A stretch of 62,974 bases of DNA, the filler included, from Octopus bimaculoides (Eukaryota), in the NCBI RefSeq assembly GCF_001194135.2. It is 12 parts of 11 records of this genome, joined end to end, with 100 filler letters (N's around TTAATTAATTAA, not from the genome) between each part and the next. Parts side by side here need not be neighbours in the genome. Positions count along the whole stretch, not along the records: positions 22,504 to 30,679 come from NW_026436125.1; positions 30,780 to 45,922 come from NC_068985.1; 10 more parts are not named here. One strand, 5' to 3'. Below the pieces are notes generated by a model. It was not told where the DNA came from. It worked only from the letters and a program-made list of their open reading frames with translations, and made no database searches. The translations under genes were made by a program, and so were the position numbers. Shown here piece by piece: positions 24,091-36,889 of this stretch. Every line of letters starts with the position of its first letter. Position 1 is the first letter of the stretch.

Positions 24091-25008
24091 AATTTTAAAA
24101 TTTTAATCCAATATATACAAAAATTTTAATTTCACATCTTATCTATGGGTCCTTTATATTGATGTAAATAAGTCTCAATGTACTTTACCATAGCATCTTA
24201 AATTAGCGCCACTTCATTGTTTTTGTATACTCCCTTAATTGATTTTTTACATTGTTATACACTATTTCATTTTATTTCATTATTAATTTATAATTNNNNN
24301 NNNNNNNNNNNNNNNNNNNNNNNNNNNNNNNNNNNNNNNNNNNNNNNNNNNNNNNNNNNNNNNNNNNNNNNNNNNNNNNNNNNNNNNNNNNNNCTGTATC
24401 TGTATACAATATAGCAATTTTATTTTATATATACGTTTGACCTTATGATAAGACTTCCCCTGTTCCATTATAAACTGGCCTGCTAGTAGAGACCCCACCC
24501 CATAGTAGTTTGTCACCAAACCCTAAGAAATTTTATAACTATNNNNNNNNNNNNNNNNNNNNTTACCCCTCACCCTAAAAAGAAAATGTCAGTGTCATCT
24601 TAAGCTTTGAATCACTAAGCCTGATAAGATAGACCATAAATCAGAAACAAAAAACACATAAAATCAGTGACAGTTAAAAATCTGCTTAGAATTATTTACT
24701 AGCCTGTNNNNNNNNNNNNNNNNNNNNNNNNNNNNNNNNNNNNNNNNNNNNNNNNNNNNNNNNNNNNNNNNNNNNNNNNNNNNNNNNNNNNNNNNNNNNN
24801 NNNNNNNNNNNNNNNNNNNNNNNNNNNNNNNNNATCTTTGTGCAGCTGAAGATTGCTCTACATTTTATATTTGATATAATGTTCATGTTGCTTAATTAAA
24901 TGGAGTCGCATGAAACGATCGTATTGCATTAACTTTGNNNNNNNNNNNNNNNNNNNNNNNNNNNNNNNNNNNNNNNNNNNNNNNNNNNNNNNNNNNNNNN
25001 NNNNNNNN

Positions 25009-25157
25009 AGTTTCCGTCTACCAAATCCACTCACAAGGCTTTGGTCGGCCGGAGGCTAAAGTAGAAAACACTTACCCTAGGTACCATGCTGTGGAAAGTA
25101 ACCTGGAACCTTGCAGTTGGGAAGCAAGCTTCTTACCACACAGCCGCGCCTGCGCCT
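25009..25157 (-). mobile_element. SINE family A, 5' half
   Basis: Reverse complement of the family A head. Confidence 0.85.
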
Positions 25158-25236
25158 ATCCATATATAAAGAATGTGCTTAAGATCGCTATCAGTTAAAG
25201 TAGAAATTTACTGGTTGAGGATAGCCACACCGAGTT

Positions 25237-25973
25237 AAGAAAATTTTCGGTCAGTTTTCCATTACGTCCATATATCAAGGTCATGTGGCAGCTGCATAAG
25301 AATGTCACATCAAAGCGTTAAACCAGCGGTACTTGAAGTTCATTAATTAAACTTTAATTTTGCTCATGATAAATTTCAGCTACCTTCATTTCATTTTGAC
25401 TAAGTCCTCTTTACCTCTCCGTGTGTATGTGTATGAATCTTTGTTTAACTTAACATATGCGCACAACACATGCACGCGTCTATCCCCCACGATCCTTTCT
25501 GTCTCTATATCCCTTTCTTTCTCGGTCACTTCTGTATATATTTACATTTGCTCAGTAAATGCAACATATTTAAATGAATGTTGTGAAAATTTAGGAACCA
25601 AATAACTTCGGTTTTTCGGTTATTTCTAACTGTAGTTATTCATGACAGTTATACATTCCAAAAAGGTTAAAACTAATATTTCTTTTACAACCGTTATGAT
25701 TACATTTCGGTAAGAAAGACTGAATCATTCACGCATATATAAGACAAACAGTCACCTAGCCTTGGCTAAATAAGATAACTGCTCACACAGTTACAGGACA
25801 CGACCAAAAGGTTAAAACAGCCCTAATTTCGGACGCAACTTTCATCTTCCATTGCTATAGTTCTGTCATTCGTCATATCTACTAGGAAAAAGCTTTGACG
25901 TGACCATTTCACGCGGCTGTCACATGATATTAACAAACTGACGTAGCAAAAAAAAGTGACCGAAAATTTTCTT
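25237..25973. mobile_element. Old MITE or DNA-transposon remnant with about 80-bp degenerate TIRs
   Basis: aagaaaattttcggtca...gtcacatcaaagc (25237-25317) versus gctttgacgtgac...tgaccgaaaattttctt (25892-25973). Confidence 0.7.
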
Positions 25974-26029
25974 ACCTCATCACGTGGCCTTCCTTAATTT
26001 GTATGTTAACTCGTAGCGATCTGAGTCAC

Positions 26030-27900
26030 GTTTTCTCTATAAAAACAATTTTGTGTATATATATTTTTGCAACAATATCTGGTCTATTGGATTGAATAAA
26101 CTCATCAGTTTTAGTACGAAGTCCTAAAGAACGGAATATTATTTTCTACTTCATTGGCAGGCTTATGTTCACACCGTTCTCAATTAGTAGTCCCCACTGA
26201 CGGCATATGATCCAATACAAATNNNNNNNNNNCCGTTCTCAATTAGTAGTCCCCACTGACGGCATATGATCCAATACAAATCTTGATCAAGTGTATCGGG
26301 GTGAATGGTATACTCGGTTGAGGTTAATATGGAGCTGTCAGAGATGAGGTGGTCAATTCTTTCTCTGGTTGTACCTCAAAGGCAACAAGTTGGACTAGCA
26401 TAATTTTTGATAATGTTGACTTGGTAATTTTTGTTAGTTAGAGACTTATCCTGAACTTTTATAATGAAGACCTCTATTTCTGATTTAAGTCCATAGACAG
26501 ACAGTCACAAATGGGTTATATATGTATCAACATCAGAATAGCTGGTTCTTGAAGGATATTTAACATATAATGCTTTACTTTTCCATCTGTCACGCACATC
26601 TTCTGATGTTGGTGCTGCATTGATCTCTATTTTAATTTTTGCCAAGTTCTTGGTAGAATCTTTTGGGGTTGGAGTTGAACTGCTTTTGTTCAAGGAAATG
26701 TTAGCGTTTCTCATACTGATGGATTCTTTATGCTTTGGTTAGGATATCTTACTTTAGCTGTTCTTTTATCTCAGTTAATGATGTTGTTTTATTATCAACT
26801 TCAATTTTTGGGAGGTACAATCGGTGGTCTATACTGAGATCTGTGGCTTTTAATTCTTTGATTATACTTATTTTCAGAGTATCATAANNNNNNNNNNATC
26901 TGTGGCTTTTAATTCTTTGATTATACTTATTTTCAGAGTATCATAATCATTAATTTCGCCTTCACACTTTCCAGGTTTTAGATTTGTTCTGCATTCCTTC
27001 TCGTTTATAATTTTGTCTGTGGTGTTCTGGTTTGATACATGCTGCTCATCATTATGCATNNNNNNNNNNNNNNNNNNNNNNNNNNNNNNNNNNNNNNNNN
27101 NNNNNNNNNNNNNNNNNNNNNNNNNNNNNNNNNNNNNNNNNNNNNNNNNNNNNNNNNNNNNNNNNNNNNNNNNNNNNNNNNNNNNNNNNNNNNNNNNNNN
27201 NNNNNNNNNNNNNNNNNNNNNNNNNNNNNNNNGTGCTCTATTTCTATTTCTGATATTTTTTTTGTATTGAGAATATATCTCCGCATGTTAGCTAGTTTAT
27301 TAGGGTTCATTGCTCTATCCAAATCTTTATCTAGGTCATTTTTCTTCCAGATTTTATATGTATATGTTGTGTTTTCGTTCTCTGGGTAGAGCTGTAAAAT
27401 AAGCGTGTAGGATTGAAATATATTCTTCACGTGTCCATTTNNNNNNNNNNTGTAAAATAAGCGTGTAGGATTGAAATATATTCTTCACGTGTCCATTTAT
27501 GCGTTTTTGATTTTATTTGCAAGATTGTGGAATAGCTCCCGGCCCTTTATTTTGATGGTCATCATTTTCGTAGGATACCGGTCCGTTCATTTCTTGTGTT
27601 AAATGGTTTTGCACGTACAGATTTTTGTACTTTTGTGTAATAAGTTTAAAGCACGTACTTCCCGTTTGTTATCCTTGGGTTGAATAATACGAGTATTATT
27701 TAATTATTTTTCATTTTTTTGTGTGTGTGATGATTGGGGCAGTGACGGTCTGATGTTGATTTGAACTGTAATGTGGCGAGCGTGTTTACACGTGTTGTGC
27801 GAGTNNNNNNNNNNTTGATTTGAACTGTAATGTGGCGAGCGTGTTTACACGTGTTGTGCGAGTGATGGTGATGGTACACAGTTAAAATACATAATTTCAT
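26030..27900 (-). mobile_element. R4/Dong-type LINE copy lacking the RT domain
   Basis: Motif order on the minus strand: N-terminal (K)WTREEYISILHAY..YKIWKKN..KLANMRRYILNTKKISEIEIE; pre-RT FNSNPKRFYQELGK..PTSEDVR; immediately post-RT WKSKALYVKYP..DVD..GLKSEIE..QDKSL..NYQ; CCHC-like region (TCCL..ERIDHLIS); endonuclease-like IQSNRPDIV. Confidence 0.8.
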
Positions 27901-28280
27901 TTGGAAAATAGAAATAGATTTTAATGAGTATTACTTACTTAGATATAGTCTAACACTTTGTCAGTTATTTTAGGTTCTATTTGTTATTTTAATTCCCGAT
28001 GTTTTTCGATTGATCTCAGAGCAGTGTTTTATCGCTCTCANNNNNNNNNNNNNNNNNNNNNNNNNNNNNNNNNNNNNNNNNNNNNNNNNNNNNNNNNNNN
28101 NNNNNNNNNNNNNNNNNNNNNNNNNNNNNNNNNNNNNNNNNNNNNNNNNNNNNNNNNNNNNNNNNNNNNNNNNNNNNNNNNNNNNNNNNNNNNNNNNNNN
28201 NNNNNNNNNNNNNNNNNNNNNNNNNNNNNNNNNNNNNNNNNNNNNNNNNNNNNNNNNNNNNNNNNNNNNNNNNNNNNNNN

Positions 28281-28491
28281 TCTGTATGTTATATATACTT
28301 GTAAGTCCTGGTGCTTTTGTTATGTATTTGCCTGAATATTTTTTTATCATACCTAAGGCGCCTACTATGAAAGGAATTGTTTCTGTTTTTAGATTCCANN
28401 NNNNNNNNNNNNNNNNNTCCAGGTCTTTGTATTTTGAAAGTTTCTCCATTTCATTTAGGGAAACGTTATCATCTACTGGTATTTTATAGCT
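28281..28491 (-). mobile_element. R4/Dong-type LINE, C-terminal (RLE) fragment
   Basis: IPVDDNVSLNEMEKLSKYKDL..WNLKTETIPFIVGALGMIKK..PGLTSIYNIQ. Confidence 0.85.
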
Positions 28492-28531
28492 CTTCTTCTT
28501 CTTCTTCTTCTTCTTCTTCTTCTTCTTCTTC
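28492..28531. repeat. (TCT)n microsatellite, running into a gap
   Basis: Direct reading. Confidence 0.95.
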
Positions 28532-29041
28532 NNNNNNNNNNNNNNNNNNNNNNNNNNNNNNNNNNNNNNNNNNNNNNNNNNNNNNNNNNNNNNNNNNNNN
28601 NNNNNNNNNNNNNNNNNNNNNNNNNNNNNNNNNNNNNNNNNNNNNNNNNNNNNNNNNNNNNNNNNNNNNNNNNNNNNNNNNNNNNNNNNNNNNNNNNNNN
28701 NNNNNNNNNNNNNNNNNNNNNNNNNNNNNNNNNNNNNNNNNNNNNNNNNNNNNNNNNNNNNNNNNNNNNNNNNNNNNNNNNNNNNNNNNNNNNNNNNNNN
28801 NNNNNNNNNNNNNNNNNNNNNNNNNNNNNNNNNNNNNNNNNNNNNNNNNNNNNNNNNNNNNNNNNNNNNNNNNNNNNNNNNNNNNNNNNNNNNNNNNNNN
28901 NNNNNNNNNNNNNNNNNNNNNNNNNNNNNNNNNNNNNNNNNNNNNNNNNNNNNNNNNNNNNNNNNNNNNNNNNNNNNNNNNNNNNNNNNNNNNNNNNNNN
29001 NNNNNNNNNNNNNNNNNNNNNNNNNNNNNNNNNNNNNNNNN

Positions 29042-30679
29042 GGTTCCAAGCAGTGCTGTTTTCTGCAAGTGCTCCACCCTAATTGCAGCCCGTATTTGTT
29101 TCACGTACCTCTCGAAATTTTTGCTCACTGTTCCCAGGTCTCCGACAATCATTGGTACTACTGCTACCTTTTTCATCGACCACAACTGCNNNNNNNNNNN
29201 NNNNNNNNNNNNNNNNNNNNNNNNNNNNNNNNNNNNNNNNNNNNNNNNNNNNNNNNNNNNNNNNNNNNNNNNNNNNNNNNNNNNNNNNNNNNNNNNNNNN
29301 NNNNNNNNNNNNNNNNNNNNNNNNNNNNNNNNNNNNNNNNNNNNNNNNNNNNNNNNNNNNNNNNNNNNNNNNNNNNNNNNNNNNNNNNNNNNNNNNNNNN
29401 NNNNNNNNNNNCAAGTCCATACTTGTTGCCAAGTGTCCAATGGACAAGCCTGGCTATATTGTCGTGGTGTCTCTTTTATTCTTTCTGGGCTAGTGGCGTA
29501 CATTGGCTGGTAATATGCCATACGGTNNNNNNNNNNNNNNNNNNNNNNNNNNNNNNNNNNNNNNNNNNNNNNNNNNNNNNNNNNNNNNNNNNNNNNNNNN
29601 NNGTCTATTCTGTATTTTATGTAGTTTGTTCTTAGTGCTTGCTCTTGGGTAGTACAGATTAGAGCCTCCGTTCCAGGTTTTAAATCACTTTTAGTTATCC
29701 ACAGTCATCTTTTTTCTCTGTCTGTNNNNNNNNNNTTAAATCACTTTTAGTTATCCACAGTCATCTTTTTTCTCTGTCTGTCTTACTTCAACATCCCTAT
29801 GAAATTGACCATGCATTCTTTTCTCTACTCACCCATTTTCAGTTTCGTTCGTTTTCAATTTCTTGTACAGTGCTTTATCTTTGCNNNNNNNNNNTTTGCA
29901 ATCTTTCATCCTACATAAGCCTGACCTTCTTACTTCTAATAATAACGGTTCTGTGGCATTTTTACGTACCATGCTATGTTGCTTTCTTTTGCTCTATTAC
30001 TGTGTTCGCATCCAATAAGTCCTCTTCCCCCTCTTTTTCTTGGTATACAGTCTGTCTGTGTCACTTTTTGGGTGGAGTGTCCCATATCTAGTTNNNNNNN
30101 NNNNNNNNNNNNNNNNNNNNNNNNNNNNNNNNNNNNNNNNNGTCTACTGTCCATGCGATTACCCCTGTTCCATATCTAAGGAGTGAAACTATCCAGGTAT
30201 TGATAGCCTCAATCTTATTCCGCCCGTTTCGACTTATGGAACAGTCTCAGTCTGCGCAAGTACTCCACCTTAAATTTTGCTGTCATTTCTTTCTCCATCA
30301 ATTTATCCATTTCCAAAATCCCCAAGTACNNNNNNNNNNTCCATTTCCAAAATCCCCAAGTACTTATAACCCGTCTCTTCTATCTGCTTGATAACCTCCC
30401 CCGACGGTATTGTTAACCCGTCCATACATTTGATTTTGCCTCTCTTNNNNNNNNNNNNNNNNNNNNNNNNNNNNNNNNNNNNNNNNNNNNNNNNNNNNNN
30501 NNNNNNNNNNNNNNNNNNNNNNNNNNNNNNNNNNNNNNNNNNNNNNNTTACTATGAAGTTTGAGGTCATCCATGAATAACAAAGTATTGACGTGTTGTTG
30601 GCGGCTTTTGAATACACACCCAGCTTTTACTTTCCTCAGAATCAGTGTTAGTGGTATCAAGCTCAGTACAAAGATCAGT
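29042..30679 (-). mobile_element. R4/Dong-type LINE, RT to C-terminus, degraded and gapped
   Basis: LLFMDDLKL (RT catalytic motif), YKYLGILE, IPRKRGGRGL, KRHHDNIARLVHWTLGNKYGL, LWSMKKVAVVPMIVGDLGTVSK..LQKTALLGT. Confidence 0.9.
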
Positions 30680-30779
30680 NNNNNNNNNNNNNNNNNNNNN
30701 NNNNNNNNNNNNNNNNNNNNNNNTTAATTAATTAANNNNNNNNNNNNNNNNNNNNNNNNNNNNNNNNNNNNNNNNNNNN

Positions 30780-30900
30780 ATTAGTTTAACGCTCGGGAAA
30801 TGAAGAAGTCTTTAACGTTTCGAGCCTACGCTCTTCCACAGAGAGGAACACAGAAAGAAACAGGGAGAGAAAATAAAGAATGTGTAGTGGCTAGCGATAT
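30780..30900 (-). mobile_element. Short Penelope-pLTR-like repeat copy 3, with hammerhead-like motif
   Basis: Minus strand CTGTGGA-A-GAGC-GTAG-GCTC-GAAAC-GTT-AAAG (30841-30810). Confidence 0.7.
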
Positions 30901-30960
30901 ATATATATATATATATATAGATATATTTATATATATGTATGTAGGTATGCATTTGTATAT

Positions 30961-31139
30961 CTGCGTTTGTACTCACCATCGCTTGACAAAGGATGTTGGT
31001 GTGTTTACGTCCCCGTAAATTAGCGGTTTTGCAAAACGAACCGATAGAATAAGTCCTTAGGTCGATTTGTTCAACTAAAGGCAGTGCTCCAGCATGGCTG
31101 CAGTCAAATAACTGAAAGAAGTAAAAGATTAAAAGAATA

Positions 31140-31140
<1 letters not shown>
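30961..31140 (+). mobile_element. SINE family A, 3' half
   Basis: caccatcgcttgacaaa..gtttacgtccccgtaa..ggtgctccagcatgg-like tail. Confidence 0.85.
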
Positions 31141-31208
<68 letters not shown>

Positions 31209-31216
<8 letters not shown>

Positions 31217-31380
31217 TACTGAAAAGTTTCTGGCTTTAAGCGTATCGTAAAAAGAGGCCTGGCTGGAGACCCAACATTCCGAGTTCTTTTATAGAAGGAG
31301 CATAAACTGAAGGACCATTGCAAAAAATGTGTAAATCTGAGAGGGGAATACGTTGAATAAAAATTACAATTAACTGATCC
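31209..31380 (+). mobile_element. Internally deleted mariner derivative (MITE); right end in the gap
   Basis: Starts cgagggggtactgaaaagtttctggc (mariner TIR style) directly after (CA)n, and carries a transposase C-terminal remnant ..HCKKCVNLRGEYVE*. Confidence 0.7.
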
Positions 31381-31464
31381 NNNNNNNNNNNNNNNNNNNN
31401 NNNNNNNNNNNNNNNNNNNNNNNNNNNNNNNNNNNNNNNNNNNNNNNNNNNNNNNNNNNNNNNN

Positions 31465-31537
<73 letters not shown>

Positions 31538-31544
31538 TTAGCTT

Positions 31545-31680
31545 ACATTTTAAGTCTACCAAACCTACTCGCAATGTTTTGGGCAGAGCGGGGTTATATT
31601 AGAGGACACTTGATCAAAGTAACACGCAGTGAGACTAAGTCCGAAACTAACTGTTTGGGAAGCAAGCTTAAGCAAGTTCG
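31545..31680 (-). mobile_element. Degraded SINE family A head
   Basis: gaggacacttgatcaaagtaacacgcagtgagactaagtccgaaact..gggaagcaagct. Confidence 0.6.
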
Positions 31681-32323
31681 AGTGTTGAGCTGAAATCATC
31701 GACTACGGAACGCAATTAAAGACAGAAATCAACATTTTTTGACATAATGAAATAAGCTTTATGAGTGCTGAGTTGTAAACATGCTTATCTGTGTAACGAA
31801 ATCAATTTTTTTTTACGGAATGAAACAATATCATTAAAGATCAATAACTAAATTTATACATCAAAAAATAAAAGTAAAAGTAAAAAATATTTATAAATTC
31901 TGGAGTTTCCGCTTGTCCCGTTTGCAGTAATTGTTATATAATTTGATGAAATTGACTCTTATAAAAGAGCTGACGGCGAAATGAGATAGCTATTTAGTAA
32001 AAGTCGTTTTCATCAAATTAAAAAATATGTAAACTTTACAAGTGCTTTTGTTTCTGTATTGACTTTTTTTTCCTGTTATTGAAAATGGCAACATCTGTTT
32101 TTAACAGCAGATAAAAACCAAGTCTCATACTAATTACTAGTACAGTATAGTGCATATTTGTTAATTGCACCAGTAAAATTCTAAATACAGTGAATTAAAA
32201 ATGGTAAAACAAAAGATATTTTCATAAACTTTGTCAGCTTTTATCATTACTGTATATTTGTACAATGTATGTATGTATGTATGTATGTATGTATATATAT
32301 ATATATATATATANNNNNNNNNN

Positions 32324-32359
<36 letters not shown>

Positions 32360-33344
32360 AATTCGAATAAACGAATAAAATTTACGGACAAGAGGGTGTG
32401 CTGAGGAAATAGATTAGCTTGAGTCTATATATGTGCGTATGAGTCTATATATGTGTGTGTGTGTGTATGTGTGTGCGTGTGTGTGCGTGTGTGTGTGCGT
32501 GTGTGTGTGTTTGTATGAGCATGTGTGTGTATACATGTGCATATAAGCATGTGTCAGGTCGTGAGTGTGGAAATATATGTACGTGCGTCTATATGTGTGT
32601 GTGTGTGTGTGTAAATGACAGAGAGAGGCGATGTGGTGCGTGTGTAGGTGTGCTGTTGTAATCATGCGCGTGTGTTTTTGTGGGTTCGCACATGATTGTG
32701 GGCGTACGTGTTTACGAGTGTGTGCGCGTGTGAGTATGTGTATATGTACGTATGAGGTATGTGAGGGTATGTATATGAATGCTGTGAAGGGAACTTTGGC
32801 GTGGCTTGGAATTTGAATCAAGAATAACGCAAATACTTTTATATTGGCCCATTCTTTGATGATATGTAAGAAGTACGGGTTTAGAGAAACGTAAGCAGCG
32901 TCGATTAATAATTTTTGTTATACCTTCAAACCTTAACAAGATAACATAAGGTAATGCTAAAGAGTCAATTCTTCACTCATTAGCCAACCTCGAGTTCGAC
33001 TTGATTTCACCCTCTCATGAAAAAGAGCAAGAACTGTTCAATTTTGGCTTCGATAAACTAATTTTCATCTTGATGTTAAACAGCCGTTAGAAATTCATTT
33101 TTACAATAATTAATTGCAGGAAATTTAATAAATTCAGTGTAACGAAACGTAGTCTTAAGATTCACATGGGAATGAATTCAAAACTAATATATATGCATAC
33201 ATAATATACATATACGTACACATACTTTATATACATACATACACACACACATACATATATAAGCATACATACATACATACATACATACATACATACGTAC
33301 ATGTATACATACACACACAAATACACACACATACATATACAGGT

Positions 33345-33470
33345 CAAATTTATAGAAAACAAAAGACGAAGATAGGTGAAGGAATAACAAGTAGGTGTAT
33401 TAGTTTAATGCTCGGTAAGAATGCAAAAGACTTTGAAGTTTCGAGCCTACGTTCTTTGGTAGAGAAGATT
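33345..33470 (-). mobile_element. Short Penelope-pLTR-like repeat copy 4 (degenerate motif)
   Basis: Minus strand ..aagaacgtaggctcgaaacttcaaagtc..ccgagcattaaactaatacacct. Confidence 0.65.
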
Positions 33471-33722
33471 AAGAGGAAAAAATTGACAGTGAACAAAATA
33501 ATGTGTAGGGGTATAAGATCTAATAACAAAATTATCAAAGAAGGAAGCAAACACATGATGTACTATGAGGGCGGCTTTATTATCACCCGTGCGTGTCTCG
33601 GTTGAGAAGGGAGTCAAACAAAGAGTTACCATATCTCCGAAACTCTTCAGAACGTGTTTCGAAATGGTCATCGGAGAAAACCACCGGGGTGGCGGCATCC
33701 AAACCAATGGCGAGCTGCTCGC

Positions 33723-33792
<70 letters not shown>

Positions 33793-35919
33793 ACACATAC
33801 ATACTAATATATATATATATANNNNNNNNNNNNNNNNNNNNNNNNNNNNNNNNNNNNNNNNNNNNNNNNNNNNNNNNNNNNNNNNNNNNNNNNNNNNNNN
33901 NNNNNNNNNNNNNNNNNNNNNNNNNNNNNNNNNNNNNNNNNNNNNNNNNNNNNNNNNNNNNNNNNNNNNNNNNNNNNNNNNNNNNNNNNNNNNNNNNNNN
34001 NNNNNNNNNNNNNNNNNNNNNNNNNNNNNNNNNNNNNNNNNNNNNNNNNNNNNNNNNNNNNNNNNNNNNNNNNNNNNNNNNNNNNNNNNNNNNNNNNNNN
34101 NNNNNNNNNNNNNNNNNNNNNNNNNNNNNNNNNNNNNNNNNNNNNNNNNNNNNNNNNNNNNNNNNNNNNNNNNNNNNNNNNNNNNNNNNNNNNNNNNNNN
34201 NNNNNNNNNNNNNNNNNNNNNNNNNNNNNNNNNNNNNNNNNNNNNNNNNNNNNNNNNNNNNNNNNNNNNNNNNNNNNNNNNNNNNNNNNNNNNNNNNNNN
34301 NNNNNNNNNNNNNNNNNNNNNNNNNNNNNNNNNNNNNNNNNNNNNNNNNNNNNNNNNNNNNNNNNNNNNNNNNNNNNNNNNNNNNNNNNNNNNNNNNNNN
34401 NNNNNNNNNNNNNNNNNNNNNNNNNNNNNNNNNNNNNNNNNNNNNNNNNNNNNNNNNNNNNNNNNNNNNNNNNNNNNNNNNNNNNNNNNNNNNNNNNNNN
34501 NNNNNNNNNNNNNNNNNNNNNNNNNNNNNNNNNNNNNNNNNNNNNNNNNNNNNNNNNNNNNNNNNNNNNNNNNNNNNNNNNNNNNNNNNNNNNNNNNNNN
34601 NNNNNNNNNNNNNNNNNNNNNNNNNNNNNNNNNNNNNNNNNNNNNNNNNNNNNNNNNNNNNNNNNNNNNNNNNNNNNNNNNNNNNNNNNNNTGATTCACT
34701 TGCAAAGTGTTGAGTAAAATTATTTCGTTGCAGACCTCCTTTGGGTCTTTTTATTATCACTACGACACACATAGTCCCCAGTTGGTAACATTGATTTCAA
34801 GGCCCTCCTAGATGAGAGACTGGCATTCCACTTAATGTCTATGTTCCATGCTGGCATGGATTGGAGAGTTATTAATGTAGAAATATGGTATCATAGCTAC
34901 TAACAGTTGAGGGTTGCGTAGTCTAGACGGCGTTTTTAGATTTCACTATTCTCTTTAACCCGGGCAAAGCCGGGTATTTCTGCTAGTATATATATATATA
35001 TATATATAAATTCATAGATACCTATGTAATGTATATATGTGAGCGCGCGTGTGTATGTGTGTGATCGTTGTATGTGTATATGCATGTATGAATGTATATA
35101 TGCACGCATGTATGTATGTATGTGTGTGTGTATGTATGTATGTATGCATGCATGCAAGCATGTATGTATGTATGAATGTATATATGTGGTACTTGAGTGT
35201 ACAGTGAAGAGCCCCTGAAAAACCAAATCCAACTCTCTCTATATATTGATATATTGTAAGTGTGTGCGAGTGTGTGTATGTATGTGTGGGCGTTCGCGCG
35301 CGTGGGTGTACGTGCGTGTGCGTCTGCACGCGCGAGTTTTTTTTTTCTATCTTCGGGCACGATCGTTCTTAAAAATAAATACTGAGGTCGACATGATCGG
35401 CTAAACACATCAAGGCTGTGTCTCAGTATGACCAAAGTTCAATGACTGAAACCAAATAAATAAACGTTTAAAATAATATCACTAGTTGTTTCTTCGCTTT
35501 AAGACAAGGCAGATTCCGGGTGTATCTTCGATACGTATTTGATCACCCTCATCTGGACAATAAGACCCAATCGACAGCAGTAGGATTTCATCTCTGAAAG
35601 TTGGGAAGGGTGTATAGCATGCTATCGTTTCTGTCACTCCACATTGCAGTTCATCAATAGTGGTTTAATGTAAGAAACACTAATGAGACTGGCTAAATTC
35701 CAGGTTCACAGTTGAAACCTTGACAGTGTAGACTTTGGCCTTTCATATCTCTGGTACTGTACCAGTAATGTGATGAGGTCGACTTTATTGATTGTATCTG
35801 GTTTCTTTATAAAATAGTCAAATGTGTCAAGAATCAATAATTGAGGTTGTTGGATTAACAGAAACGGTAAAGGGACGGCAAGATTGTCTCGGGGTACTCA
35901 TTACAGTTGCGTTTTTTTT

Positions 35920-36075
35920 TTCTGTGTTCCAGCTTCAAATCTCACTGAGGTTGACTTTACTTTTCATCCATGCTTGCTCGATGAAATAAAGCACCAGTTT
36001 AATATAGGTTCGATTTTATCAGTTATACTCGTCCAACAAATTTGAGCCTTTTCGCCTGTGTAAGAAACCAATAAC
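35920..36075 (+). mobile_element. Degraded SINE family B
   Basis: ttcaaatctcactgaggttgactttacttttcatcc..gataaa-like core. Confidence 0.6.
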
Positions 36076-36889
36076 GTAATGTAATATAATACTAAATAAT
36101 ATAATATATAATTTAATATAATGTAATGTAATATAGTACAATACAACAATGTAATATAACAAAATACCATTGAAAGAAGCATAAGAAAACAAAACACTAA
36201 AATATAATGTGCATAATTGCTTGCATGCCTTTTCACTTAATGGCGGATCGTTCAACATAACAAATGTCGGTCGCTCTGAGACAAGATTCTTTTCTTTGAT
36301 ATTTAGAAAACAATGAATTTAGAGTGTGTTATTGTTGCCTTTGACAACCATACCTTGTTGAAGAGAAATCTGACGTTATGATCGTCGTTCTAAATTTTTA
36401 AATATCGTTGTTGCTGTTGTTTTTTTTTTCTCCTTTTTCGCTTGGATATCATAATGTTGTTTCTTTGGCATTTATCGAAGAAAACATCCAATTAACTATT
36501 ACTATAACAAGCTAATGTGAACGACAAAATTATAGTGAAGAATATCCGTCTAAACTTTGATGAACGGCTTTGTGTGTTGTGTACTGTATAATCAACACCA
36601 AACGTGCTCTCAGCAATTATTTAGTTTTGCAGCAACCAAGACGACTGAGAAAAGAAGAATAAATTCATCACAATATGTCGACGAGAAAGACGGTATTTGA
36701 AGGTTTATTTAAATTTTTTTTAACATTTCAAAGCGAAAAATCGCCTTATATGCCATGTATGAAAATGTGAGCATTTGGATAAATGGAATCATGCAAGAAT
36801 ACAGTCTGCCGACAAAAACTCGTCAGAATGTCTGCAGTATATATGAATTGAAGGCAGTATAATATCCATGAAACCAAGAGAGATTATAT

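Noticed and set aside
31990-32045. FSKSRFHQIKKYVNF, resembling the piggyBac MSRNRF..I..YLHF motif
   Set aside because: Flanking codons do not continue the similarity, and no TTAA/TIR ends were found.
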